The position numbers and the translations under genes are program-made. From the NCBI GenBank assembly GCA_965222115.1, contig CBDCTJ010000005.1, forward strand, positions 32,001-96,000: 64,000 bases of DNA. Direction: 5' to 3'. The notes under the pieces were generated by a model. The model did no database searches. It was given only the letters and a program-made list of their open reading frames with translations, and was not told the origin of the DNA. This DNA comes from Planctomycetota bacterium. GTDB taxonomy: Bacteria > Planctomycetota > PLA2 > JAEUHO01. Below are positions 47,321 through 56,935 of this stretch, piece after piece; position 1 is the first letter of the stretch, and each line of letters starts with the position of its first letter.

Positions 47321-50300
47321 ATGGCCAGCAAGAACAGAAACAGTCGAAAGCGTTCAAAGAAGGACAGCCGCCCGGAAACACCTCGCCCATGGGTGCATAC
47401 GCCTCTGGGGCTGGTTGCCGTAGGGCTTGCAACCTACGCTCTGGCATTCCTCGTGCTAACCGGTGGTCGTCGCATTCTTGCTGAGGCGGCGCCTCCAAGT
47501 CCGATCGTCATCACCGACTTCGGAATGAAGGACACGAGCACCACAGGAAATCCAAAGGAGTCGTACAACTTGGCCGGGCAGGCTGGCGGCATCTACCAGG
47601 TCGATAACGCGAACCGCCATGCGGTTTCGTTCACGTCACTAAAGCCCGCCCACTCCAACAACGCGGTTCAGCAGATTGACTTGGATAAGACTTCCGGGGA
47701 TGTCATCTACGGTGCGAGCAACGGTGAGATTGTTCGCGTTGACATGACGACCAACACGTCAACCACTGTCGGAACGGTTTCGGGTGCAGATTTCAAGGTA
47801 GCCGCGGCCGACAACAACTCCTCAAGTGTGGATGCCTGGGCGATCGACGCGAATACCAACTCGCTTTATGAGTTCAAGTCCAGTGGTCCGTCGGTACTCG
47901 GTAATCCCTCGTTTGGTCAGGGTCCAACCGAACTGGCCGGCCCCAAGCCCGGTAACAACAACGTCGTCGCTTTGGGAGACGGTTCGGCTGAGATCTATCG
48001 TCTCGATGTGACGCTCTTAGTTGACTACGACGACACGTTTGCCGGTACCAATGTCGAGCCGACGGGTCTTGCGGTGGCCGACGCAGACTATTGTTACGTC
48101 TCGATCAATGACGGCTCGACAGCAAAGGTCTTGCAGGTTGACTTGCGGGCATCGACCTTCGGTTTTGTGACGCCTGTTATGGGCACGTACTCAAACGTAA
48201 GTGCGGTGGACATTTCTGTTGCCGGTCCATGGGTCACCGTACTCATGTCGGATAGCGCGAACAACGAGACGACCGCGCGCGTGTTTGATGTCGGCGTTCC
48301 AAGTTCGCCGCTTTACGTGGGCAGCGTGGACTTGTCGTTGGGCTACCAAGCCTACGGCGGGTTGACCACTTCGCTTATTGGCGGGGAGACCTATGACGAT
48401 CTCGAATTTGTTTGGGCAAACGCCACCCAAGACATGAGCGTGACGACTGGACGAGATGTTGACAACGAATGGACCTATGGGACTGCGACAACGGTTGCTT
48501 CCGGCTTAAATCCTGTCGTGACACCCGCAGCGCCGGGATCACACAATCAAGCGGCGCTCGGCTGCTGCGGGCCTTGTCCACCCTGGGGGCCCGAGGGCCA
48601 AGGCGAAGTTCGTCACAACGGCACGTGCGGCACAGCCACGATGTTTCCGGGTGGGGCAAGTGGCGGAGGCAGGATTCAGGGAAGCACGGGAGGTGCGTTG
48701 TCAATCTGCTCACTCGGCTCTTTCCCAGGCAGAGGCAAAGGTCTAGAGATTGAGCTGACCTATCGGTCACGTAGTAACTTTCCATATCGATACGGGAACG
48801 GGTGCAATCTCAGCCAGGATGTCCGCCTCAAGACCGAGACAAACGGCGACCTGACGTTTCAAAGTGCGTATGGACGCATGGATACGTATGTAAGCAACGG
48901 TGCGGGCGGATTCGTGAGCCCCCGACATTACGACACTACGCTAGTTGCGAGCGGGTCGGGGCATACGATCACGGATCGATTTGGCCAGACAGCTACATTC
49001 GACGCGAATGGATACAGAACCAGTCTGGCGGACAGATATGGCAACACTCACACGTTTACCTATTCTTCAGACAAGCTGACGAAGATCACAGATTCACTTG
49101 GCCGGATCTACAATTTTAATTACGACACCACGGGCCGACTTTCAAGCGTAGTAGACTTCGGCGGGCGAACGTGGACACTCAAGTATGATTACATTGGCAA
49201 TCTGCGGCAACTGACAACTCCCGCATCTGCTCAGTTTCCTAACGGCCGTACAACCACATACTCATATTCGCCAAGGAACGCGGACTCCCGGCTCCAGGGC
49301 AACTTGATTCATGTAGAGAACCCCGGCGATGAGGTTGTGCAGACTCTGAAGTACAATGAGCACGACATGGTCGTTGAAGAAGTTCGAGGCGACACTTCGA
49401 AGATCATCAGTTATGACATCACGAACAACCAGACGACCTTCGTAGACCATGCGGGGAATACGACGCGATGGACTTTTGACGCGAACGCGATGGTGACTGA
49501 GACGAAGATTTACACCAAGGGCCTGAGAACCGGGGAACCTACAGCGTTCACAACCGCATACACAATCGATTCAGTATCAGGATTTGTTAAGGCCGTCGTG
49601 TACCCGCGCGGCAACCGAACCGACTACACATATGACAGCTCCCTCAATCTCACTGAGGTCCGGCACCGGACGACGGACACCAGCACCAACAGCGGCACGG
49701 ATCTCGTTACCTCGTACCAGTACACGGCCCAATACAACCAAATGAGCCAAGTGACCGACCCCAAGGGCAACGTCACGTCCATGACGGTTGATTCCTCTGG
49801 GAACACGACGGCCGTATCGCGACCTGCGGTCACGCAGCCGACGAGCCAGTCCATCGCAGAGACTTTTGCATACGATTCCTACGGGCGCATCACGTCGGCA
49901 ACCGATGCGGAGAGTCGCGTAACGAATTTTGTGTATTACACATCTGGTTCCCAAAATGGATACTTGCACAAAGTCATTCGTGATCCTGACGGGCTCTCGA
50001 TCACCACGACGTTCCAATATGATCAGTATGGAAACGTAACCTCTGTAACAGACCCGAGTGGTGCCACGACGACCATCACGGTGGACGCCGAAAACTTTGT
50101 TACACAGATACAAGCGCCTACGCCGCTTAACTACAAACGCAAGTTCACCTACGATGCCAATCGAAATCTCACGCTGCTTGAAACGGAGAACCGCGACAAA
50201 GACGGCACGCTCGATCCCACCACGCCCTGGATTGAGACAAGTTATACGTACAACGAGATGGGCTGGCGTTTGACTGCCACCCAAGATCTGACGTCGTCAA

Positions 50301-53300
50301 GTCAAGCGGTAACGACATATGAGTACGACGGCGAGGGCAAGGTCACCAAAATTCAAAGCCCGACGGGCGAAGAGACGAAGATCGAGTACGACGAGCGAGC
50401 GTTGCTTTTCAAGCTCACGCGGGGCTACGGCGCGGCTGAAGCCTCGACGATTCAAGTGGACTACGATGCCAACGGCAATCGCAGCAAGACGATCAATGGC
50501 GAAGGCGACGCGACGAATTTCACGTACGATCTCTTTGACCGCGCCACGAAGCGAACGAACGCGCTGAGTCACTATGTTTCTTGGACCTACGATAAGAACG
50601 GAAACGTCCTGACGGCGGCAGCCTACAACGCCTCGAACGTGCTTCAGGCCAAGACGACGAATCATTTTGACGAAGTGAACCGGATCTGGAAGCGTGTTCA
50701 GGATCGATTTGGCTCGGGCCTCACGCCGAGTTACCCGACGGTCACCATCCAGCACGATAAGACGGGTCGCGTCACCGAGATCAAAGATCCGCTCAACAAT
50801 AAGACGACCTATTCATACGACACTGCAGGACGCCAGACCAAGGTCCAAGACGCCGTTGGAAACGAAACCGAGTGGGTCCTCGATGCGCGCGGGCAAGCCA
50901 CCAAGATCAAGCGCAAGGACATTCCTACGGCAGGCGGTTCCGAAACGTTTGAAACCGAGTTTGTCTACGATGCCCTGGGCCGCCTAACCTCCAAGCGCGA
51001 GATCGACCGGCTCAACGCTTCAAACATTTTGACGACGAATTTTTCGTATGACAGCCGCGAAAATTTGACCTTCCGAGTAGACGCCGAAGGGAATCCTGTT
51101 CGTTGGGCGTACGACCTCGCGAATCGCCAGACGAGCTATGAGCGCGCGCTTGCTATTGGCACGTCGATTGACGATTTCACCAATAGCATACTTGAGACAG
51201 CGAGCTTTGACGCCTCGGGCCGATTGACGTCGGTGACTGACGACAATCTGAACACGACGTCCTATTCTTATGACGCCCTTTCGCGCGTGTTCAAGACGAC
51301 CTTTGCCGACACGAAGTTCGTGACCCGAACTTTCGATAAGAACGATCGCGTCAAGACGTGGACGGATCAGAACGGCACCGTGGTTACCAATACCTATGAC
51401 ATGCTGAGTCGTCTGACTTCGCGCACGGTCAATCGCGCCACCGGTGTCTTGGGAACGACGTCGGAGACCTATTCCTACGATGCGCTAAACCGCATGCTCA
51501 CCGCGAAAGACAATGACTATGAGGTGCAGTTCACGTATGACAGCGTGGGCAACGAGCTGAAGGAAACGCAGGGCTACACAGTGACAGGTCAAGAGAAGTG
51601 GCGCACCGTCACCTCGACGTATACCGACGCGGGCTCGCGTAGCGCGATTCAGTATCCGAGTGCCTTCAGTGTGCTTCACCAACGCGACGCCATCTACCGC
51701 ATGACGGCCATGGTAGATTCCGCGGCCTCCACCAACATCGCGAGTTTCACATTCCAGGGCGCAGGCCGCCTTGCCAAGACAACCAACCAGAACTCGACCA
51801 CGACGGACCACGGGTACGACGGCTTTGCGCGTCTCTCGCAGCTCGATCACAAGAATGGCTCGGCGCAGAGCTTCCACACATTCGACTATTTGTATGACAA
51901 AGTCCACAACCGTCGGATGGAGAAGAACTCGTTCAACGCCACCTGGATCGGCTCGTTACCGACCGGGATCCAGCCCTTCCTGAATGCGCGAAACGGCAAG
52001 GGCGATGTCTATGCCTACGATATGGCCTACCGCATGGTGGACACGCGTTACGACGTAACCAATCCCGCAACGGAGGTGGGCACACCCGGTTCGCAGACTT
52101 ACGTCACCAAGCAAGTCTACACGCTCGATGGCCTCGGCAACCGCAGCCAAACGCAGCAGACTCCGTGGGGCGGCTCAGCCACAACAGTTGCTTACTCGTT
52201 CAATGCGATGAATGAGTACACGGCGATTGGCGGTACTTCGCGCACACACGATAGCAACGGCAATCTGACGGACGACGGCACGCAGACTTACCACTACGAT
52301 TACAAAAATCGCTTGGTCGAGGTGCGGGTCAGTGGATCGAGCACTGTTGTTGCGAAGTACAAGTACGACGCGCTCGGGCGGCGGGTTGAAAAGCACGTCG
52401 TCTCCGGCGCGGTCACGACGCGCTACATTCTCGATGGCCAGGACATCGTCGAGGAGTTTGACGGGAACAACACATGGCTTGCGCGCTACTTCCACGAAGA
52501 CCGTATTGACCATCCGCGGGCGATGGATCGCGCGGACATTGCGGATGTGGATGGGGACAGCAATACGGCAGAGATTCTTCGGTTCACGTATCACCAGAAC
52601 GCGCTTGGGAATGTGAGCGAAATTTCAGCGCCCGGTGGCGGAGTAGTTGAATGGGTGACGTATGACGCCTATGGAAAGGCGACCGTTCGAAACTCGGCGG
52701 GGACGACGCAGGGGTCGAGCTATGTTGGAAATCCGTTCTTGTTCACGGGGCGCGAGTTCGACGCCGAGTCGGGAATGTATCACTATCGTGCGAGGGCGTA
52801 CGACCCAGAGACGGGGCGGTTCTTGCAGAGGGATCCACTGGGGTATGTGGATGGGTTGGGGTTGTATGAATACGTGGGAAGCCGGCCGAGCACGTCCGTG
52901 GATCCTAGTGGGGCGCTCTCCGAAGCAACGGAGGCAGCGATAAAGAAAGCTGAGGCCGCCTTTAAAAAATGGGCGGCTAAGAACCAACAGATGCAGTCGT
53001 TGGTAGCAAAATTGCTGGCAGAGATCGCGAAATTGAGGAAGGCCCGTCAGGGCAACGATACGAAGAGGAGGCAACTCAAGAAAAAGAAACAAACGGACGA
53101 GTGCGTAAAGGAGATCGCGGTTTTGTCCGCCTCAATCGCGCAGCAGGATAGTCAAATCAAGAAATTACTGGAACAACTCAAGGAGATCAAGAAGAGTGAT
53201 GAATACAAGAAGGCCAAGAAGGAAGCGGAAGATGCCAAATCTGACTTCGAAGACGCCCTCAAAGACGCCATTGATGCTATCGACAATGACAATACGACCA

Positions 53301-53647
53301 GCGGTGATACTGATGGAGAGAAAAACAAGAAGAAAAATAAAAAGGATGAGAAAGAAGAGGCAAAGGACGGATTGTTCGCGAGAGAGCGAATACATGATCT
53401 CATTTGGGAGCATCTGAATAGGGGATCCTGGCCACCCAATGCGGGAAAGGGAGGAGGGACATTCAAGAACGACGGCCGGGGCGGAACCGACGTAATCCGA
53501 GGTGCACCTGCCGGCACAACGTACAGGGAGTACGATTTACCTAGCGACGCTCAGGACCGCGGAAACAACCGGCTAATCATCGGATCGGATGGTTCGGCGC
53601 ACGTGACCAATGACCACTACACTCGCATTAGCAACATTGCTAGATAG
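47321..53647 (+). CDS. Rhs/YD-repeat polymorphic toxin with N-terminal TM/signal and C-terminal barnase/RNase Sa-like ribonuclease
   Basis: YD repeats; core 'YHYRARAYDPETGRFLQRDPLG...SVDPSG'; tip 'YREYD...RGNNRLIIGSDG...TNDHY'; DUF6531-like 'PGRGKGLEIELTYRS'. Confidence 0.92.
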   Translation: MASKNRNSRKRSKKDSRPETPRPWVHTPLGLVAVGLATYALAFLVLTGGRRILAEAAPPSPIVITDFGMKDTSTTGNPKESYNLAGQAGGIYQVDNANRHAVSFTSLKPAHSNNAVQQIDLDKTSGDVIYGASNGEIVRVDMTTNTSTTVGTVSGADFKVAAADNNSSSVDAWAIDANTNSLYEFKSSGPSVLGNPSFGQGPTELAGPKPGNNNVVALGDGSAEIYRLDVTLLVDYDDTFAGTNVEPTGLAVADADYCYVSINDGSTAKVLQVDLRASTFGFVTPVMGTYSNVSAVDISVAGPWVTVLMSDSANNETTARVFDVGVPSSPLYVGSVDLSLGYQAYGGLTTSLIGGETYDDLEFVWANATQDMSVTTGRDVDNEWTYGTATTVASGLNPVVTPAAPGSHNQAALGCCGPCPPWGPEGQGEVRHNGTCGTATMFPGGASGGGRIQGSTGGALSICSLGSFPGRGKGLEIELTYRSRSNFPYRYGNGCNLSQDVRLKTETNGDLTFQSAYGRMDTYVSNGAGGFVSPRHYDTTLVASGSGHTITDRFGQTATFDANGYRTSLADRYGNTHTFTYSSDKLTKITDSLGRIYNFNYDTTGRLSSVVDFGGRTWTLKYDYIGNLRQLTTPASAQFPNGRTTTYSYSPRNADSRLQGNLIHVENPGDEVVQTLKYNEHDMVVEEVRGDTSKIISYDITNNQTTFVDHAGNTTRWTFDANAMVTETKIYTKGLRTGEPTAFTTAYTIDSVSGFVKAVVYPRGNRTDYTYDSSLNLTEVRHRTTDTSTNSGTDLVTSYQYTAQYNQMSQVTDPKGNVTSMTVDSSGNTTAVSRPAVTQPTSQSIAETFAYDSYGRITSATDAESRVTNFVYYTSGSQNGYLHKVIRDPDGLSITTTFQYDQYGNVTSVTDPSGATTTITVDAENFVTQIQAPTPLNYKRKFTYDANRNLTLLETENRDKDGTLDPTTPWIETSYTYNEMGWRLTATQDLTSSSQAVTTYEYDGEGKVTKIQSPTGEETKIEYDERALLFKLTRGYGAAEASTIQVDYDANGNRSKTINGEGDATNFTYDLFDRATKRTNALSHYVSWTYDKNGNVLTAAAYNASNVLQAKTTNHFDEVNRIWKRVQDRFGSGLTPSYPTVTIQHDKTGRVTEIKDPLNNKTTYSYDTAGRQTKVQDAVGNETEWVLDARGQATKIKRKDIPTAGGSETFETEFVYDALGRLTSKREIDRLNASNILTTNFSYDSRENLTFRVDAEGNPVRWAYDLANRQTSYERALAIGTSIDDFTNSILETASFDASGRLTSVTDDNLNTTSYSYDALSRVFKTTFADTKFVTRTFDKNDRVKTWTDQNGTVVTNTYDMLSRLTSRTVNRATGVLGTTSETYSYDALNRMLTAKDNDYEVQFTYDSVGNELKETQGYTVTGQEKWRTVTSTYTDAGSRSAIQYPSAFSVLHQRDAIYRMTAMVDSAASTNIASFTFQGAGRLAKTTNQNSTTTDHGYDGFARLSQLDHKNGSAQSFHTFDYLYDKVHNRRMEKNSFNATWIGSLPTGIQPFLNARNGKGDVYAYDMAYRMVDTRYDVTNPATEVGTPGSQTYVTKQVYTLDGLGNRSQTQQTPWGGSATTVAYSFNAMNEYTAIGGTSRTHDSNGNLTDDGTQTYHYDYKNRLVEVRVSGSSTVVAKYKYDALGRRVEKHVVSGAVTTRYILDGQDIVEEFDGNNTWLARYFHEDRIDHPRAMDRADIADVDGDSNTAEILRFTYHQNALGNVSEISAPGGGVVEWVTYDAYGKATVRNSAGTTQGSSYVGNPFLFTGREFDAESGMYHYRARAYDPETGRFLQRDPLGYVDGLGLYEYVGSRPSTSVDPSGALSEATEAAIKKAEAAFKKWAAKNQQMQSLVAKLLAEIAKLRKARQGNDTKRRQLKKKKQTDECVKEIAVLSASIAQQDSQIKKLLEQLKEIKKSDEYKKAKKEAEDAKSDFEDALKDAIDAIDNDNTTSGDTDGEKNKKKNKKDEKEEAKDGLFARERIHDLIWEHLNRGSWPPNAGKGGGTFKNDGRGGTDVIRGAPAGTTYREYDLPSDAQDRGNNRLIIGSDGSAHVTNDHYTRISNIAR

Positions 53648-53700
53648 TACGTTAGAGTTGCGTACTTGGCTTAGACTCGCATCCACAGGAGTACCAGGCT

Positions 53701-54279
53701 GTGTATGACATCGAGGGCTTCTGCGTCAAGGCGATCTCAGAATTAAAGAGTGAGTCCAAGATTGAGTTCAGAGAGGGGCTTTCTAAATCGAAAATACTCT
53801 CTTATGAAACAGAATTTGATTGCAAGTTTCCACCGGAGTTGAAGGTTTTCCTTGAAATCGCCGTACCGGTGGGCCACGGTTGGCCCAAGTGGCATGGACG
53901 GGCCTCCGATCTGGTTCGAGGCGTTAGAGAGTTCTTCGAATACGTCTTTCGCACTGCAATACGCGATGACTATGCGGTATGGGTCCCGAGCAGATGGGGA
54001 ATTCGACCGACGGATGATAAAGAGGCAGTGTCAATCGCACTTCAAGACATTCGTTCTCTACCACCACTGATTCCTATCTACAAGATTAGGCATATCCCAT
54101 CCTTCCCTGCAAAGGTGGGCAATCCAATTTACTCGATCTACAGTCCGTATGATTCGGTAGTGTACGGGGTGGACTTTCCTGAGTATCTTCACAATGAGTT
54201 CGGAGTCAGCGTTCCTGAGGATCACACGCCGCACTTCCGAGCCGCGCCACATTGGCATGACTTGCTGACCACTTGCTAA
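53701..54279 (+). CDS. SMI1/KNR4 (SUKH) family immunity protein
   Basis: 'GLSKSKILSYETEFDCKFPPELKVFL', 'PPLIPIY', 'GNPIYSI...DSVVYG..FPEYL'; directly after Rhs; lower GC; AGGAG RBS. Confidence 0.8.
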   Translation: MYDIEGFCVKAISELKSESKIEFREGLSKSKILSYETEFDCKFPPELKVFLEIAVPVGHGWPKWHGRASDLVRGVREFFEYVFRTAIRDDYAVWVPSRWGIRPTDDKEAVSIALQDIRSLPPLIPIYKIRHIPSFPAKVGNPIYSIYSPYDSVVYGVDFPEYLHNEFGVSVPEDHTPHFRAAPHWHDLLTTC

Positions 54280-54337
54280 GATACCGCAAAGGATAACCGT
54301 GCCGAGATACCAGATACCGCAGATACCGTGCCGCATC
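54279..54337. repeat. Degenerate AGATACCG(TGCCG) repeat cluster
   Basis: Five copies: agataccgca / ggataaccgtgccg / agatacc / agataccgc / agataccgtgccgc. Confidence 0.6.
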
Positions 54338-54520
54338 TTCTCTCACCAACTTCGTGACTTTCGACTTTCGCACCTCCAAGTACGCTCCGCGTGATTCACC
54401 GGCGCGACCCGGCACAAAGGATGACGGCCGTGGAGACGAAGAGCAGTTTCGGGGCCTAACCACTCCTTCGACATCTTCAAGAGAGTCGAGCACATCGCCT
54501 TGTCACGGTAAACTATAGAA

Positions 54521-55384
54521 ATGCCCGGTCGCCCACTACCGCACCGCCTGCGTCGACTGATATGGACGGCTTGTATTCCCGCAACAGTTGCCGCGATCAT
54601 CATGTCTATTGAGTTCGTAAGCAACACCCAGCGCGCGTCGCCAAAGCCATTTACATGGATTCGACCTCACGTGGAAGCGCCAGCGTTGGCAACAAAGCCA
54701 ATCGACAATACGTTGCTCCATCTCATGGAACGGATGCACCCGTATTCAGCACGGGCGGCTACGCCAAGAAACCAGCAACTATCCGCGCCGACTATCCCCC
54801 CACTACGCGCCTTCGCCATCTCTATGTGGATACACGGCGCATCCGGAACTACGCTGACTCTTCGTTGCAAAGATCCAGCCCACGACATCGCGTATTGCAT
54901 CGGCACCGACAAGCCAGATCGAGACGTGAAACTCGTTTACGTGGACGTGGATGACAAGCTTGCGCGGTTTACCGTCAATCGCGGCGACGAGCAGCACACG
55001 TTTAAGTTCAATCGCAGCCGCGAATTTCACAGCAACGTGATTCGTTTTAGTCCGCCTCGTCCTAATCCACCGAGCGCACGACGGAGCGAGGATGGCTATC
55101 ACGCCCAAGTCATTGCAGGCACCGCGCACACAGCCCTCAAAGCCGTCCCTTTCTATGACACTCGCGGTATGTGTATCGGTATGCGTGTGACAGGGGTTCG
55201 ATCCAACTCGGATTGGGCGACACGCGGCATCGTACGGGGCGACGTGTTGCTAATGGCTGACGGCATATCGATGCGTGAACCGGCCGAGTTCAGAAGGCGA
55301 ATCCGCGCCGGCTGGTCGCCAAGCTCGATTCGCATCGGGCGACTTAAGAACGGAACGCTGAACAAGACCGTTCTCGGTGGATAG
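54521..55384 (+). CDS. GspC-like single-TM protein with C-terminal PDZ domain
   Basis: N-terminal TM, beta-rich middle, 'KAVPFYD..G..IGMRVTGVRSNS....GIVRGDVLLMADG' resembling T2SS GspC PDZ. Confidence 0.6.
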   Translation: MPGRPLPHRLRRLIWTACIPATVAAIIMSIEFVSNTQRASPKPFTWIRPHVEAPALATKPIDNTLLHLMERMHPYSARAATPRNQQLSAPTIPPLRAFAISMWIHGASGTTLTLRCKDPAHDIAYCIGTDKPDRDVKLVYVDVDDKLARFTVNRGDEQHTFKFNRSREFHSNVIRFSPPRPNPPSARRSEDGYHAQVIAGTAHTALKAVPFYDTRGMCIGMRVTGVRSNSDWATRGIVRGDVLLMADGISMREPAEFRRRIRAGWSPSSIRIGRLKNGTLNKTVLGG

Positions 55385-55546
55385 GGGGATGGCCCATTCC
55401 AGGTAACGGTGAGAGGCAACAAGCACTCCCGGAAGCGACGACATTGGCCGGGTTTGGCTCGGATGGGCACTGACCTCGAGGCTCTAACCTCTCGTTGCGA
55501 GGACGGGCAATTCATTGCTGGTTCAGCAGCCAACGAAACGCATGCG

Positions 55547-55579
55547 CTCCGCGCCTCTGCAACTTGGCGCCTCTGCGTG
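55547..55579 (-). repeat. Right copy of 33-bp inverted repeat
   Basis: ctccgcgcctctgcaacttggcgcctctgcgtg. Confidence 0.9.
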
Positions 55580-55666
55580 CGATAGCCCAATCCTAACGAA
55601 TGGGCGCGCCCCCGCCCACAGCTCAACAGCAAGCCGGCCCACCGCATGTGGTAGACTTCTTTGCCT

Positions 55667-56878
55667 ATGCCTCATCGCATTTCCCGTTACGCCGTGTTCG
55701 CACCGATCCTCGCCATGCTCGTGGTGCTGTCGGTGGTCTTGCAGCCTCTACCCGTGCGCGCCGACGCCGAGTTGGGGCAGGATCTCGTGACGCCCCAGAC
55801 CATGCGGGCGATTCGCAGGGGCACGAAGTTTTTGGTGTCGCTGCAGCGTCCCGATGGCTCGTGGCCGAGCGATGCGGGTAAGAAGATCAACGAGCGCTAT
55901 AGTCGGTTTCCGAAGGGCTCAAACGTCTCGCATGTGGGTGTGACGAGCTTGGCGGCATTGGCGTTGCTCGCCGGTGGTCATCTTCCGGGTCGAGGCCCTT
56001 ATGGCAAAGCCATGGAACGCGCGATCGACTACATCGCCGCACAGGTGCGTGACTCGGGTTACATCACGGCCAATGGCACGCGCATGTATAGCCACGCCTT
56101 CGCCACGTTGGCGCTAGCTGAGGTTTACGGACAAACCAACGACGCTTCGATTCACCGCAAGCTGCAAGAAGCAGTGCAGTTCACCATTAAGTCGCAAAAT
56201 CAAACGGGCGGTTGGCGCTACGTGCCGCAGACCAATGACAGCGACATGAGCGTTGCGGTGTGTCAGGTAGTTGCTCTTCGTGCTGCGCGCAACGTGGGCA
56301 TCAAAGTGCCGCGTCGCACGATTGACCGCGCGCTCCGTTATGTCTTAGGCAGCGCCGTTCCCGGGCCGCGTGGCCCCACGGGCGCGTTTTATTACCAGCC
56401 GCAGGACCAACACCAACACAACCGCGATAGTTTCGCACTGTGTGCCGCCGGACTCACCACGCTCTTCCAGGCGGGCCTCTACGACAACAAGATGTTGCGT
56501 CGCAAGGCCAAGGAACTCGGTGTGCCGCCGAGGAGCGTGCCGGATATTCAGGCGTCAGTTGCTTATATGCGCGATCGCTACCGCCGCATTCACGGTCGCT
56601 ACGGCGGTCCCGATCATTACTTCTACTACTACGGCAACTACTACGCCGCCCAGGCCATGTACCAGGTTGGTGGCAAGCACCCGAGCGTGTGGCGCAGTTG
56701 GTACCGCATGGTTCGCGACGACTTGCTCGAAATGCAACGCAACCGCAAGGCATCGGGCTCCGGCGAGCGCGAGTATTACTGGAAGAGCAACGTGGACGAC
56801 ACCCACGCCTACGCCACCGCATCGGCGCTGCTCATTCTTCAGTTCCCGCTGGACCACTTGCCGATTCACCAGCGGTAG
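55667..56878 (+). CDS. Exported prenyltransferase/squalene-oxidase-repeat protein
   Basis: 'LVSLQRPDGSW', 'TSLAALALLAGGHLPGRGPY', 'MYSHAFATLALAE', 'QNQTGGWRY', 'YYYGNYYAAQAM'. Confidence 0.9.
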   Translation: MPHRISRYAVFAPILAMLVVLSVVLQPLPVRADAELGQDLVTPQTMRAIRRGTKFLVSLQRPDGSWPSDAGKKINERYSRFPKGSNVSHVGVTSLAALALLAGGHLPGRGPYGKAMERAIDYIAAQVRDSGYITANGTRMYSHAFATLALAEVYGQTNDASIHRKLQEAVQFTIKSQNQTGGWRYVPQTNDSDMSVAVCQVVALRAARNVGIKVPRRTIDRALRYVLGSAVPGPRGPTGAFYYQPQDQHQHNRDSFALCAAGLTTLFQAGLYDNKMLRRKAKELGVPPRSVPDIQASVAYMRDRYRRIHGRYGGPDHYFYYYGNYYAAQAMYQVGGKHPSVWRSWYRMVRDDLLEMQRNRKASGSGEREYYWKSNVDDTHAYATASALLILQFPLDHLPIHQR

Positions 56879-56935
56879 CTCTCAATGCCGCAATTGACGT
56901 GAACCCTCCGCGGCCCGAATCGTTCAGGTCGCTAT

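Noticed and set aside
47321-48700. T6SS (PAAR/VgrG) assignment of the Rhs
   Set aside because: No PAAR motifs, vgrG, hcp or EagR-like chaperone recognisable in the window
54206-54493. 95-aa minus-strand ORF downstream of the immunity gene
   Set aside because: Overlaps the immunity gene and the repeat cluster; no recognisable domain
55667-56878. Calling the toroid proteins squalene-hopene cyclases
   Set aside because: Too short, carry signal peptides and lack the DXDD catalytic motif
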